From assembly GCA_963782055.1 (NCBI GenBank), contig CAWAIF010000002.1, forward strand, positions 96,001 through 160,000: a stretch of DNA of 64,000 nt. Direction: 5' to 3'. Under the pieces are notes generated by a model. That model did no database searches. It saw only the letters and a program-made list of their open reading frames with translations, and was not told where the DNA came from. This DNA is from an uncultured delta proteobacterium. Its GTDB lineage: Bacteria > Myxococcota_A > Polyangia > Polyangiales > Polyangiaceae. Positions 18,963 through 28,491 of this stretch are shown one piece after another. Numbering within the stretch: the stretch's first letter is position 1; each line of letters begins with the position of its first letter. Position numbers and translations under genes: made by a program.

Positions 18963-20303
18963 CTACGCGGCGCCCCCCGCGTGCTTCTGCGGAAGGCTCA
19001 CGCGGATCGTCCGTCCGGTGAGCTTGCGGTAGACCGTCTCCACCGTCACCGAGAGTCCCACCAGGGCCGCGAGGACCCACAGCCGCGCGGGCGCGGTGGT
19101 GGCCGTCTCCCAGACGAGCGCGGCGAGCGCGGCGAGGCACGCGACGACGCCCACGACACCAATCCACCGGCGCGCGCCGGTCTCTGCGGCGAGGCGCACG
19201 TTCGCCGCGTTGACGGCGGCGAAGACGAGGAGGAAGCCGGCGCTCCCCATCGTGGAGATGCTGGAGAGGTCGAGCAGGTTGGACACGAGCAGCGCCGCCC
19301 CCGCCGTCAGCAGCAGACCCTCCGCGGGCTCGCTCCAGATCTTCTTCTCCAGCGCCTCCGGGAGCTCTCCGTCCTTGGCCATGACGTAGCTCAGCCTCGC
19401 CGACCCGTAGAGGGTGGCGTTGATGGCGGACGCGGTGGAGAGCATCGCGGCGACGGCGATCAGCGTGAAGCCGGCCTGGCCGAGGAAGGGGCGCGCCGCG
19501 GCCGCGAGGGCGTAGTCCTTCGCGTCGACGATGCGCGCGACGGGCAGGTTGCCCACCGTCACGATCGCGACGAGCACGTACAGGGCGATCACGAACCCCA
19601 CCGACACGAAGAGCGCCCGCGGGATGGTCTTGCCCGGATCGCGCGCGTCCCCCGCGGCGTTGGCGATCAGCTCGAACCCCTCGTAGGCGAGGAAGATGAT
19701 CATGCCGCCGGCGGCGAGGTGAAAGGGCGACTCCCACGTCGCGGGGGCGAGCCGCGCGGTCTGGACGCCGGACATCCCCACCGCCACGAAGAAGAGGAGG
19801 ATGGCGATCTTGATCCCTACGATCCAGTCCTCCACCTTCCCCACCACCTCCGCGCTCAGCAGGTTGAGCCCGGCGATCACGACGATGGCGCCGCTGACGA
19901 GGACGTGCTTCCACACGCCCTGCGTGCCGGCGGGGAAAAACGTCGCCCCGTAGCTCCCGAAGGCGAAGGCGTAGAGGGAGAGCATGACGATGTAGCTGAG
20001 CCACAGGAGGACGTTGAGCGATCCGGTGACGGACCCCTCGCCGAAGGCGCGGTTGAGATACGAGACCGTCCCTCCCTGGCCGGGGAACGTCACGGCCAGA
20101 CGGCTGTAGGAGTAGGCCGTCACCAGCGCCACCGCGCCGGCGACGAGAAAGGCGACCGGGGTGCCGCCGCCGGCGAGCTTCACCGCCAGGCCGAGCACGG
20201 CGAAGATCCCCCCGCCGACCATCCCCCCCACGCCGATGGATGTGGCCTCGAGGAGGCCGACGCCTCCGGATCGCTTCGCCGCGCCACGCGCGCTCATCGT
20301 CAC
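18963..20303 (-). CDS. APC family amino acid permease
   Basis: GGMVGGGIF and FLAYEGFELI motifs; about 12 TM segments. Confidence 0.9.
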   Translation of the reverse strand: MTMSARGAAKRSGGVGLLEATSIGVGGMVGGGIFAVLGLAVKLAGGGTPVAFLVAGAVALVTAYSYSRLAVTFPGQGGTVSYLNRAFGEGSVTGSLNVLLWLSYIVMLSLYAFAFGSYGATFFPAGTQGVWKHVLVSGAIVVIAGLNLLSAEVVGKVEDWIVGIKIAILLFFVAVGMSGVQTARLAPATWESPFHLAAGGMIIFLAYEGFELIANAAGDARDPGKTIPRALFVSVGFVIALYVLVAIVTVGNLPVARIVDAKDYALAAAARPFLGQAGFTLIAVAAMLSTASAINATLYGSARLSYVMAKDGELPEALEKKIWSEPAEGLLLTAGAALLVSNLLDLSSISTMGSAGFLLVFAAVNAANVRLAAETGARRWIGVVGVVACLAALAALVWETATTAPARLWVLAALVGLSVTVETVYRKLTGRTIRVSLPQKHAGGAA

Positions 20304-20384
20304 CTCCGTGCGCTCGCAGGAGCTTGGATGTCACGCGCCGCCCGCGCGTCCCGGCGCGCGCAGGAAATGCTCACCCGGGAGCGG

Positions 20385-22199
20385 TCAGAGCGCGACGACC
20401 TGATCCTGCGGGACGAGGATCATCGCGCTCTGCGCGGGCACCTGCACGGTGAGCGAGCCGTCGCTCGCGACGGTGTAGGTGGCCTGGTTGGGATCCAGCA
20501 CGTCCACCAGCACCGTCCCCGGCGCCGCGGTGAGCTTCAAGGGCGTGGTGCCGTCGGTCGTCGAGCTGGTCTTTCTGCCGTTGGTGTTCAGCACGACGAG
20601 CGCGTACTGGCTGCCCGCGTCCCCGCCGGTGCGCTCGAAGGCGAAGATGCCCGCGTCCCCCTCGCTGCCGGTGTGCGCGGTGGCGTAGACCACGTTGGTG
20701 TCGCCGCGGCGCAGCGCGAGGTACGCCTTGCGGATGCGCGTCAGCTTGGCGACGTGGCGGAAGGTGTCGCCCGTCGTGTCGAATCCGGTGTTCCAGAGCA
20801 CCTCGCGGTTCGCCGGGTCGTTGCCGCCGGAGAAGTCCTGCTCGGTGCCGTAGTAGATGCAGGGGATGCCGTCCTCGGTCAGCAGCAAGGTGAGCGCGTT
20901 GCGCAGCGCCGCCTTGTCGCCCTGCGCGTCGAAGAGGAAGCGCGCGACGTCGTGGTTGTCGAGGAAGTTCACCAGCGCCTTGGTGGGCGGGATGCCGATG
21001 CCGCCGTCCTGCGGCGTGGTGCCGTAGTTCTGCGGGCGCGACTCCCAGAGCGCCTTGATCTGGTCGGTGCCCTTCTGCGCGCTCGGGTCGTGCGCGTTCT
21101 CGAAGACGTCCTGGAAGACCTGGTAGTGCTGCGAGAAGTAAAAGACGCTGTCGAGCTCGCCCGGCACCGTGTAGCTGCCGAGGAGCTGGTCGTTGCCGTC
21201 GAAGGCCTCGCCGAACATGAGGAAGTTGTTCTTCCCCTCCGCCGCGAGGCGCTGGCGCACGCCCTTGGTGAAGACCTGCCAGAACTCGTGCTCGACGTGC
21301 TTCACCGTGTCGATGCGGAAGCCGTCGAAGTCCGCCAGCTCCACCCAGCGCGAGTACGCGTCGATCATGAGCTGCCGCACCTCCGGCAGCTCGGTCGCCA
21401 CGTCCTTCAGGCCGCCGGGGAAGTCGCCGAGGGTGCGCTGCTTCGGGTCGTCGTAGTTCAGGATGCGGCCGAAGCCGTGGTACGCGCGCGCCGTGCCGAG
21501 CAGGCCGGGCGGGGGCACGCGGTTGATCGACGGCATGTTCAGGAAGATGATCGGCGCGCGCCCGGCGGGGCCCGCCGAGGAGAAGGACTGCACGCCCTCC
21601 GGGTTCCAGTCCGGGTCGTACTCGCTGATGCGCGTGACGGGCGAGGTGGAGCCGGTGCCGCCGATGTACTCGTCCGGCTGCCCGTTGCGGTTGATGTCGT
21701 AATAAAAGAGCTGCCCCATGTGGTTGGTGACGATGTCCAGCACCACCTTCATGCCGCGCTCGTGCGCCGCGGCGACGAGGCTGCGGAGGCTGGCGATGTC
21801 GCCGAAGTGGGGGTTGGGCTGGTAGAGGTCCTGCGACCAGTAGCCGTGGTAGGAGTCGACGCCGGCGTCGGTATCCACGTTCTTCACGACGGGGGAGATC
21901 CACATCGTGGTGACGCCGAGCGCCTGCAGGTAGCCCAGGTGCTCCTCGAGGCCCTTCCAGTCGCCGCCCTGGAAGCGCGCGAGGTGGCCGGGCTGCACCG
22001 TCCAGTCGTTGTTCAGGTCGCCGTCGGCGAAGCGGTCGACGAGGACCTGGTAGATGACCTCGTCGCGCCAGTCGTCCACGTGGGTGGCGAGCTGCGCGGG
22101 CTTGCCGGTGTCGGGGAGGCCGACGCACGCCGTCTCGGGGAGCGCGGCGCTCGCGATGGCGAGCGCGGTCAGAATCCCGCGTACGAGCCCTAGACGCAT
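20385..22199 (-). CDS. GH13 alpha-amylase family protein (probable lipoprotein)
   Basis: Catalytic regions DGFRIDTVKH, GEAF and FLDNHD; YHGYW; N-terminal signal ending in Cys. Confidence 0.92.
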   Translation of the reverse strand: MRLGLVRGILTALAIASAALPETACVGLPDTGKPAQLATHVDDWRDEVIYQVLVDRFADGDLNNDWTVQPGHLARFQGGDWKGLEEHLGYLQALGVTTMWISPVVKNVDTDAGVDSYHGYWSQDLYQPNPHFGDIASLRSLVAAAHERGMKVVLDIVTNHMGQLFYYDINRNGQPDEYIGGTGSTSPVTRISEYDPDWNPEGVQSFSSAGPAGRAPIIFLNMPSINRVPPPGLLGTARAYHGFGRILNYDDPKQRTLGDFPGGLKDVATELPEVRQLMIDAYSRWVELADFDGFRIDTVKHVEHEFWQVFTKGVRQRLAAEGKNNFLMFGEAFDGNDQLLGSYTVPGELDSVFYFSQHYQVFQDVFENAHDPSAQKGTDQIKALWESRPQNYGTTPQDGGIGIPPTKALVNFLDNHDVARFLFDAQGDKAALRNALTLLLTEDGIPCIYYGTEQDFSGGNDPANREVLWNTGFDTTGDTFRHVAKLTRIRKAYLALRRGDTNVVYATAHTGSEGDAGIFAFERTGGDAGSQYALVVLNTNGRKTSSTTDGTTPLKLTAAPGTVLVDVLDPNQATYTVASDGSLTVQVPAQSAMILVPQDQVVAL

Positions 22200-22218
22200 G
22201 GCGAACCCTCCACTCCTC

Positions 22219-23787
22219 TCACGGGTACGACGACGAGTTGAACCACCACTCCACCTGCAACCCCAGGTAGTGCTCCACGTCGCGCTGCGAGCGCACGTCG
22301 CTCGCGGGGTAGAGCTCGCGCGCGCCGTCGTCGGGCACGCTGAGCGCGTAGACCACGCGGAACTGCGGGCGCTTGTAGGATCCGCGGCCGCTGGGGGAGA
22401 AGTAGGGGAGCAGGGCGAAGCGCCACATGGATGCGACGAGCGGGCCCTGGCCGCCGCTCGCCGGGTCGGGGAAGGCGTAGCGGCGCGCCTGGTAGCTCGC
22501 CTCGCCGGCGACGCCGAAGTAGTTGCCCAGGAAGAGCTCCGGGCGCAGCACCAGCGTCCCCTCGTCGTAGCGCTGCAGGGAGGTGGGAGACTGGCTGCCG
22601 TCGCTGAAGTAGCGCAGGTAGCCGCCGGCCAGCAGGCCGAAGGCGCCCGTCTCCCAGTTGCCGCTCACCGCGAAGAGGGCCTCCTGCGCGTCGCCGGTGG
22701 TGCGGTCGTTGGCGAAGGTGGTGGGCGCCTCCAGCGTGTCGTACGCCGCGAGCCCGTGCGCGTAGCGCAGGAACATGTTGACGTAGGTGTCTCGCTGGCC
22801 GGTCCAGAAGCCCACCTGCGCCCCCACCAGGAAGCCGGTGTCGGAGGGGAGGCCGACGTCCTGGTTGCTGACCGGGTCGCGGTAGACGCCCGCGCCGATC
22901 TCGTGCGCCTCGCCGTAGAGCGCAGCCTTCATCCCCGCCTTCGGGTCGTGGAGGAGCCGCCCGTTCTGGAAGAGCTGCAGCACCTTCAGCGACTCGACCA
23001 TGCGCGGGCGGTCGAGCGACTCCACCCCCACCGAGCCGATGCCGAAGGGCGCCACGTCCTGCGTCGTCTGGTGCTGGTAGGGATCGTCCAGGCGCTGCAT
23101 GCCGACGTGCAGCGCCACGCTGGTGCCCGTCTTCTGGAAGGTGTACCCGCCGCCGCCACCGATGGTGTTCTGGTTGTCCAGCGGCCACCAGTCGAGCAGG
23201 TAGATGTCGTCGCCGCGGTACATGCGCGAGCCGATCCAGACGACGGCGTTCTTGTAGCGCGCCTGCGCGTACAGGTTGCGGACGAGGATCCCCTGCTCGG
23301 GGTGGCCGGTGAAGTGGAAGAAGGGCCCGGCGAAGGCCACCGTGGCGACCACGCGGGAGTCGATGTCGCCGGAGAAGGTGTCCTCGCGGCGCAGCTCCAG
23401 CTCGGCGTAGCTCTCCTCGTCGATGCGGGTGCCGTGCGACACCACGTTGATGGGCTGGGCGATGCGCCCCTCCAGGTCGCTGGCGATGCCCACGCGCCCG
23501 TAGGAGCCGAACTCGAAGTGGCCGGTGTGCGCCTGGCGCGCGGCGGGCGCGGCGCCGGGGGCGCGGGCGAGCCCCGGGTTGGTGGTCCCGCCGGCCGTGG
23601 CGTCGGGAGGTGCGTCGGTGCCGGCGGCGGGCGCGGGAGGCGTCGCCGGAGGCGGTGTGGCCGCCGCCGCGGTCGCCGACGCGCTCGGCGCGCTCGGCGC
23701 AGGAGGCGCGCCGGACTGCGCCGCCGCCGTGGCGCTCGCCAGCAGCAGCGCCGCCGCGGCGCAGGTCGTTCGGAGGGTTCGCATCAT
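22219..23787 (-). CDS. LamB/maltoporin-like carbohydrate porin
   Basis: Signal peptide; GSYGRVG..ESYAELEL, WIGSRMYRGDDIYLLDWW and terminal GLQVEWWF parallel LamB motifs; flanked by amylases. Confidence 0.8.
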   Translation of the reverse strand: MMRTLRTTCAAAALLLASATAAAQSGAPPAPSAPSASATAAAATPPPATPPAPAAGTDAPPDATAGGTTNPGLARAPGAAPAARQAHTGHFEFGSYGRVGIASDLEGRIAQPINVVSHGTRIDEESYAELELRREDTFSGDIDSRVVATVAFAGPFFHFTGHPEQGILVRNLYAQARYKNAVVWIGSRMYRGDDIYLLDWWPLDNQNTIGGGGGYTFQKTGTSVALHVGMQRLDDPYQHQTTQDVAPFGIGSVGVESLDRPRMVESLKVLQLFQNGRLLHDPKAGMKAALYGEAHEIGAGVYRDPVSNQDVGLPSDTGFLVGAQVGFWTGQRDTYVNMFLRYAHGLAAYDTLEAPTTFANDRTTGDAQEALFAVSGNWETGAFGLLAGGYLRYFSDGSQSPTSLQRYDEGTLVLRPELFLGNYFGVAGEASYQARRYAFPDPASGGQGPLVASMWRFALLPYFSPSGRGSYKRPQFRVVYALSVPDDGARELYPASDVRSQRDVEHYLGLQVEWWFNSSSYP

Positions 23788-23791
23788 CGGG

Positions 23792-26700
23792 TCAGGGCGC
23801 GAGGATCGCCGCGCCGCGCGCCCCCAGCGTGAGGGAGATCGCGCCGCCGGAGACCACGACGTCGGGGCCGCCGAGCTTGTCTTTCAAGTGCGTCCCGTCT
23901 GCAAGGAAAAGCGTGACGGGCAGCGCGGTGGCGAGCGACTGCGGACCGTCGGTGTCGTTGATGGCGACCAGCGCCACGTCGCTCCCCGCCTGCCGCGCGA
24001 AGACGAGCACCTGGTCGGAGGCGTAGACGTGGCGATAGGCGCCGCGGCGCAGGGCGACCAGATCGCGCCGCGCCTCGCCCACCTTGCGGGTGAAGTCCAG
24101 CGTCGCCTGCTCGTCGGCGGAGAGGGTCTGCTCTCCGCGCCACATGTGGCGGTTGTTGGGGTCCGCCCCGCCCCACTCGCCGTACTCGTCGCCGTAGTAG
24201 AGCATCGGCGCGCCGGGCTGGGTGAGCAGCCAGGCGAGCGCCTCGCGGTGACGCGCGTACGGCTCAGCGTCGCCCGGCGCCTGCGCCACGTTCGTCCACT
24301 GGTTGCCCGGGATGCCCATGTCGTGCGCCTGGTCCTGTCCGCGGTAGTCCGCGAGCGTGACGTCGCGCGCGGTGTCCTGGCTGCCGATGTACGGCGACAT
24401 GATGGCGCCCTGCGGGTACTCCCACCCGCTCGCCTGCGCCCAGTAGTCGGCGTGGATCATCCCCTTCTGCCCGTAGTCGAACACCCGGTACGAGACGGCG
24501 TGATAGAGGACGAAGTCGAACTGGCCGTCCAGCTGGTACGGGCCGATGTAGCGCGAGATGGTGTCGTACTGGTCCTGGTTGCAGGCGAGACCGCAGTCGC
24601 TCCAGCCCATCGCCGTCTCGCCCGTCAAGAAGAACTTGGTGCCGCTCGCCTCGAACTCGTGACGCAGGCGGGTGCTCACGTTCATGACGGCGGCGTCCTG
24701 CAGGTGCTTGACCGCGTCGATGCGGTAGCCGTCCAGGTCGTAGGTGCTGGCCCACCAGACGGCGTCGTCGGTCCACTGCGCGCTCACCTCCGGCTTGGTC
24801 CAGTCGACGCGGGGCAGGTACGAGGCGAAGACGCAGTCCAGCCGGTGCGTCGTCCAGTCGCAGTTGTTGGTGCCGCACACGCAGCCCTGGATGAACCAGT
24901 CGGGGTGCGCCTTCACGTACTCGTGGTCCTTGTGCACGTCCCCGAGCATCAGGTCCATGATCACGCGGATGCCGTGCTCGTGCGCCGTCTTCACCATCGC
25001 CTTCAGGCCGGCGTCGCCGCCCAGGCGCGGGTCCACCTCCCGGGCCTTGATGGGCCAGTAGCCGTGGTAGCCGGTCACCTGGGTGACGCCGTCGGCGGCG
25101 GGGAAGGCGTCGGGCGTCGCGGTGTAGAAGGGCGTGAGCCAGATGGCGCGCACGCCCAGCTTGTCGAGGTCCCCGGCGGCGATGGCCTGCTGCACGCCCT
25201 CCAGGTCGCCGTTCTGGAAGTTGGCGCGCACGTCGACGCCCTGCACGGGCGGCACGTCGTTGGAGGTGTCGCCGTTCTTGAAGCGGTCGGTCACCGCCAT
25301 GTAGATGAGCGCGTCGTGCCAGTCGAAGGTCTCCGCCTCGACCCAGAAGACCAGGCGCAGGGTGGGCGCGGCGCGGCCCAGGCGGTCCTTCGCGTCGACG
25401 AACAGCGTGTACTTGCCGTCGGCGAGGTTCTGCAGGTCGAAGGCGATGGTGTCGCCCACGGCGTCCACCTGCGCCGGGGCGTCGCCGTCGGCGAAGTCCT
25501 TGCGGAGGGTGCCCTTCACGGTGGCGGGGTCGACGCCGGTCTGCGCCCAGCCGGGGAGGAAGTCGACGGTCGCCTGGTAGCGCCCCTGCCCCGGTGCTTG
25601 ACGGGTCAACGAATGCGTCTTCAGCGCGAGGGAAGGCGCGTAGCAGTCGGTCACCTGCACCGACGAGTTCTCCGTTCCGCCGACGAACTTGCGCGTCGTC
25701 GACGCCGGGTCGAACTGCCAGTTGCCGTCGACGACGAGCTTGTAGGCGTACAGGCCGGGTGACAGCGGGACCTTCGCGGTGAAGGCGCCGCTCCCGTCCG
25801 GGCCGGTCATCACCGCGCCGGGGGACTGGAATCCGTCCCACTCCCCGGCGACCGAGACGCTCTTGGGGATGGTCCCCGCGGCGGGGACGTAGCGGAAGGT
25901 GGTGGTGCACGCGCCGGCGTCCACGTCGACGGGCGGCGGCAGCGGTACGTCGGCACCGGCGTCGATCGGCGTCTGCCCGTCGCCGCCGGCGTCCGCGCCC
26001 GGGGGTGTGTCGGGGTTGCTGGAGCAGCCGAAGAGCGCGAGGGAGACGGCCGCGGTCGCCGCGACAATCCCGGCGCGCCGGCGCGCGCGGCGCAGGACGA
26101 GCAGCACACCGAGGAGCAGGATGGCGAGGGCGCCGGAGGGGGAGGCCGCGCCGGTCCCGATGGAGCAGCCGCCGTCGTTGCCGGGAGGGGTCGACGCGCC
26201 CGCGTCGGCGCCGCCGCCCGCGTCATCCATCGGGCCGGCGTCGCCCGCGTCGGGCGTCGCGGCGTCGGCGCCGGCGTCGCCCGGCTCGTCCGGCTCTGCG
26301 GCGAACGCGCCGCAGCTCGGCGTCACCGGCTCGCCGCGGTCCAGCAAGGACAGGAGGTACGCGCCCGCGCCGAAGCCGACCATCGGCGCCTCACCGGCGT
26401 AGTCGGCGGTGACGCGGTCGTGCAGCTCGGAGAAGAGGCCGAAGTTCTCGGCGGCCTGGTCCACGTTCCACGCCAGGCCGTCGGTCGCCGCCTGCGTGGC
26501 GCCGGTGAGCTCCAGCGCGTGGCCCGCGCGCAGGTCGACGAAGACCCACTCCTGCGAGTCGTACCAGCCGCCGGAGTCGTTGCGCATGAAGCCGCGGCCG
26601 CTCGGGGGCACGAGGCCCGCCTGCATCGCGTGGACGGTCGCCCTCGCGGTGTGCTTGGCGGGGTCGAAGAGGCCGAAGTTGATCGCCTCCACGGCCGCGG

Positions 26701-28384
26701 CGTCCAGCCACGCCTTGTCGGCGGCGAGCGACTCGGTCGCCTGCCCGATGGTGCCGTCCGGCGCGCGGAGCAACCCGAGGATGGCGTCGCGAGCCTTCTC
26801 GCCGGCCGTGAGGTACTTCGCCGAGTCGGCCGCGTCGTTCATCTGCGTGGCGAGCCCGGCGGCGGCGCACAGGCCGCGCGCGGCGGTGATGGTGGTGTAG
26901 GCGAAGTGCTTCTGCTGCCCGTTCCAGTGCACCTCCCAGATGCTGGAGTCCGGCGCGATGAGCCCGCTCGGCTCCTGCAGGCCCGCGAGCACGTCGGCGA
27001 CCTTGGACTGCACGGTGGGCCACCAGGCGGTGAGCGCCGCGGTGTCGTTGGACGCTTGCACGTACTCCGCGAGCTCCCACAAGAAGAGGCCGAAGCCGTC
27101 GAACTCGACGTTGGGGCCGTCCTGGTTGGTGTCGCTCTCCTCGGTGCCGTCGCCGTAGTAGCGCACGACCGAGATCTGGTACGGGGCGCCGACGTACGAC
27201 TCGTAGCCGCCGACCGTCGCCTTCATCTGGAAGTCGATGGCGCGCTTCGCCTCCGCCAGGTGTCCGCTGCGCGCGAGCGCGACGGTGGCGTAGGCCATGT
27301 CGCGCACCCAGGCGATGTTCCACTTGCCGGGGGCGATGCTGGCGAGGATCTGCCCGTCGCTCTTGTCCCCGGCGGCGACCTGCGCCATCCGCAGCACCGC
27401 CTGCGCCTGGGCGGCGTCGGCGGCCTCCACGGCCGTCGTGCCCTGCGGCGCGGGCTTCTGCCACGCGCTCCACGCGGCGATCTCGTCGGCGAGGATCTTG
27501 TCCGGCGCGCGCCCGGCGATCCAGGTGCGCACGCGGTCGACCGCGGCCTGCGCGTCGGCGTCGGCGGCGAGCACCGAGAACCACCCGGCGTACGCAGTGG
27601 CGTTCTGCGCGATGTCCCCCAGGCTGGACTGGAAGCCGCACACCGCGTCGTTGGTGGGGCTGCCCGGGCCCGCGTCGTCGGCGAGGTTCTGTCCGTTGAC
27701 GAGGCGCGTGTACGGGTTGTTCGGCGTCGCCCCGTGGTGCGTGGACGCCGCGATGCTCGCGTGCCCGAAGGCGACGCCGCTCGGCCCCCACTCGTAGTAG
27801 GCGTCGCGCCCGGCGTTGTACGCCATGCCCTCCGCGGTGGAGCTGGGCGCGGGGCTGCCGCTGCCCAGGTGGTAGTTCATGAGCGTGTACGCGTCGATCG
27901 CGCCGGAGCCGCTCTGCCGCGTCACCTTCAGCACGGTGAAGGCGGCGTTCTCCGCGAGGCCCATCGGCGCGAAGTCGAACTCCTCCACGGTGAGGCCCTG
28001 CCAGGAGCGCACCACGTGGATGATCCCGGTGCCCGGCACGTACTCGATCTTGCTCGGCGTGATGGTGTTCAGCCACGCGCCGGTGGTGCCCACGCGCAGG
28101 CCGGGGTACGCGTCGTAGAGGAAGTTGCGCGACTCCACCCCCGCGCTCGGGTACCGGTAGGGGTGCTCCAAGAACTGCGTCAGCTTGAAGGCGTTCGTGT
28201 CGAAGGCGATCGCCGCGCGGCCGTTGGAGGACGGGAGGGCGCCGATGGAGCGGTGAGGCTCGGCGGCCCGCGCCGTGGAGGTGGTCAGGAGGGCGAGCAC
28301 CGCGCCGAGGAGGAGCAGGCGCGCCCGGAAAGACAGGACCCAGAGCTTCGATACGGCCACCACGCCTCCTCCCGGAAGAGCCAT
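23792..28384 (-). CDS. Multidomain glucanase: GH15-like (glucoamylase-type) domain, internal MYXO-CTERM + lipobox, CBM48-like domain, GH13 domain
   Basis: GH15-like WVRD and DSSIWE; CBM48-like VAGEWDG..YAYKLVVDGNW; GH13 DGYRIDAVKH, GET and SQD. Start codon uncertain within about 30 nt. Confidence 0.85.
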   Translation of the reverse strand: MALPGGGVVAVSKLWVLSFRARLLLLGAVLALLTTSTARAAEPHRSIGALPSSNGRAAIAFDTNAFKLTQFLEHPYRYPSAGVESRNFLYDAYPGLRVGTTGAWLNTITPSKIEYVPGTGIIHVVRSWQGLTVEEFDFAPMGLAENAAFTVLKVTRQSGSGAIDAYTLMNYHLGSGSPAPSSTAEGMAYNAGRDAYYEWGPSGVAFGHASIAASTHHGATPNNPYTRLVNGQNLADDAGPGSPTNDAVCGFQSSLGDIAQNATAYAGWFSVLAADADAQAAVDRVRTWIAGRAPDKILADEIAAWSAWQKPAPQGTTAVEAADAAQAQAVLRMAQVAAGDKSDGQILASIAPGKWNIAWVRDMAYATVALARSGHLAEAKRAIDFQMKATVGGYESYVGAPYQISVVRYYGDGTEESDTNQDGPNVEFDGFGLFLWELAEYVQASNDTAALTAWWPTVQSKVADVLAGLQEPSGLIAPDSSIWEVHWNGQQKHFAYTTITAARGLCAAAGLATQMNDAADSAKYLTAGEKARDAILGLLRAPDGTIGQATESLAADKAWLDAAAVEAINFGLFDPAKHTARATVHAMQAGLVPPSGRGFMRNDSGGWYDSQEWVFVDLRAGHALELTGATQAATDGLAWNVDQAAENFGLFSELHDRVTADYAGEAPMVGFGAGAYLLSLLDRGEPVTPSCGAFAAEPDEPGDAGADAATPDAGDAGPMDDAGGGADAGASTPPGNDGGCSIGTGAASPSGALAILLLGVLLVLRRARRRAGIVAATAAVSLALFGCSSNPDTPPGADAGGDGQTPIDAGADVPLPPPVDVDAGACTTTFRYVPAAGTIPKSVSVAGEWDGFQSPGAVMTGPDGSGAFTAKVPLSPGLYAYKLVVDGNWQFDPASTTRKFVGGTENSSVQVTDCYAPSLALKTHSLTRQAPGQGRYQATVDFLPGWAQTGVDPATVKGTLRKDFADGDAPAQVDAVGDTIAFDLQNLADGKYTLFVDAKDRLGRAAPTLRLVFWVEAETFDWHDALIYMAVTDRFKNGDTSNDVPPVQGVDVRANFQNGDLEGVQQAIAAGDLDKLGVRAIWLTPFYTATPDAFPAADGVTQVTGYHGYWPIKAREVDPRLGGDAGLKAMVKTAHEHGIRVIMDLMLGDVHKDHEYVKAHPDWFIQGCVCGTNNCDWTTHRLDCVFASYLPRVDWTKPEVSAQWTDDAVWWASTYDLDGYRIDAVKHLQDAAVMNVSTRLRHEFEASGTKFFLTGETAMGWSDCGLACNQDQYDTISRYIGPYQLDGQFDFVLYHAVSYRVFDYGQKGMIHADYWAQASGWEYPQGAIMSPYIGSQDTARDVTLADYRGQDQAHDMGIPGNQWTNVAQAPGDAEPYARHREALAWLLTQPGAPMLYYGDEYGEWGGADPNNRHMWRGEQTLSADEQATLDFTRKVGEARRDLVALRRGAYRHVYASDQVLVFARQAGSDVALVAINDTDGPQSLATALPVTLFLADGTHLKDKLGGPDVVVSGGAISLTLGARGAAILAP

Positions 28385-28491
28385 CGCCTAGCATTGTCCT
28401 GCAGCGGCGCCACCAAAAAAGTAACTCACGCCTGCGTTACGGTTGGCGGCCGCGGGAGATCGTTAGCCGGCGAATGAGCGCCCATGCTCGC

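Noticed and set aside
18763..19032. Small ORF starting at a GTGA overlap after the MFS gene
   Set aside because: It has no recognisable motif and runs into the convergent permease; it may be a remnant but is unsupported.
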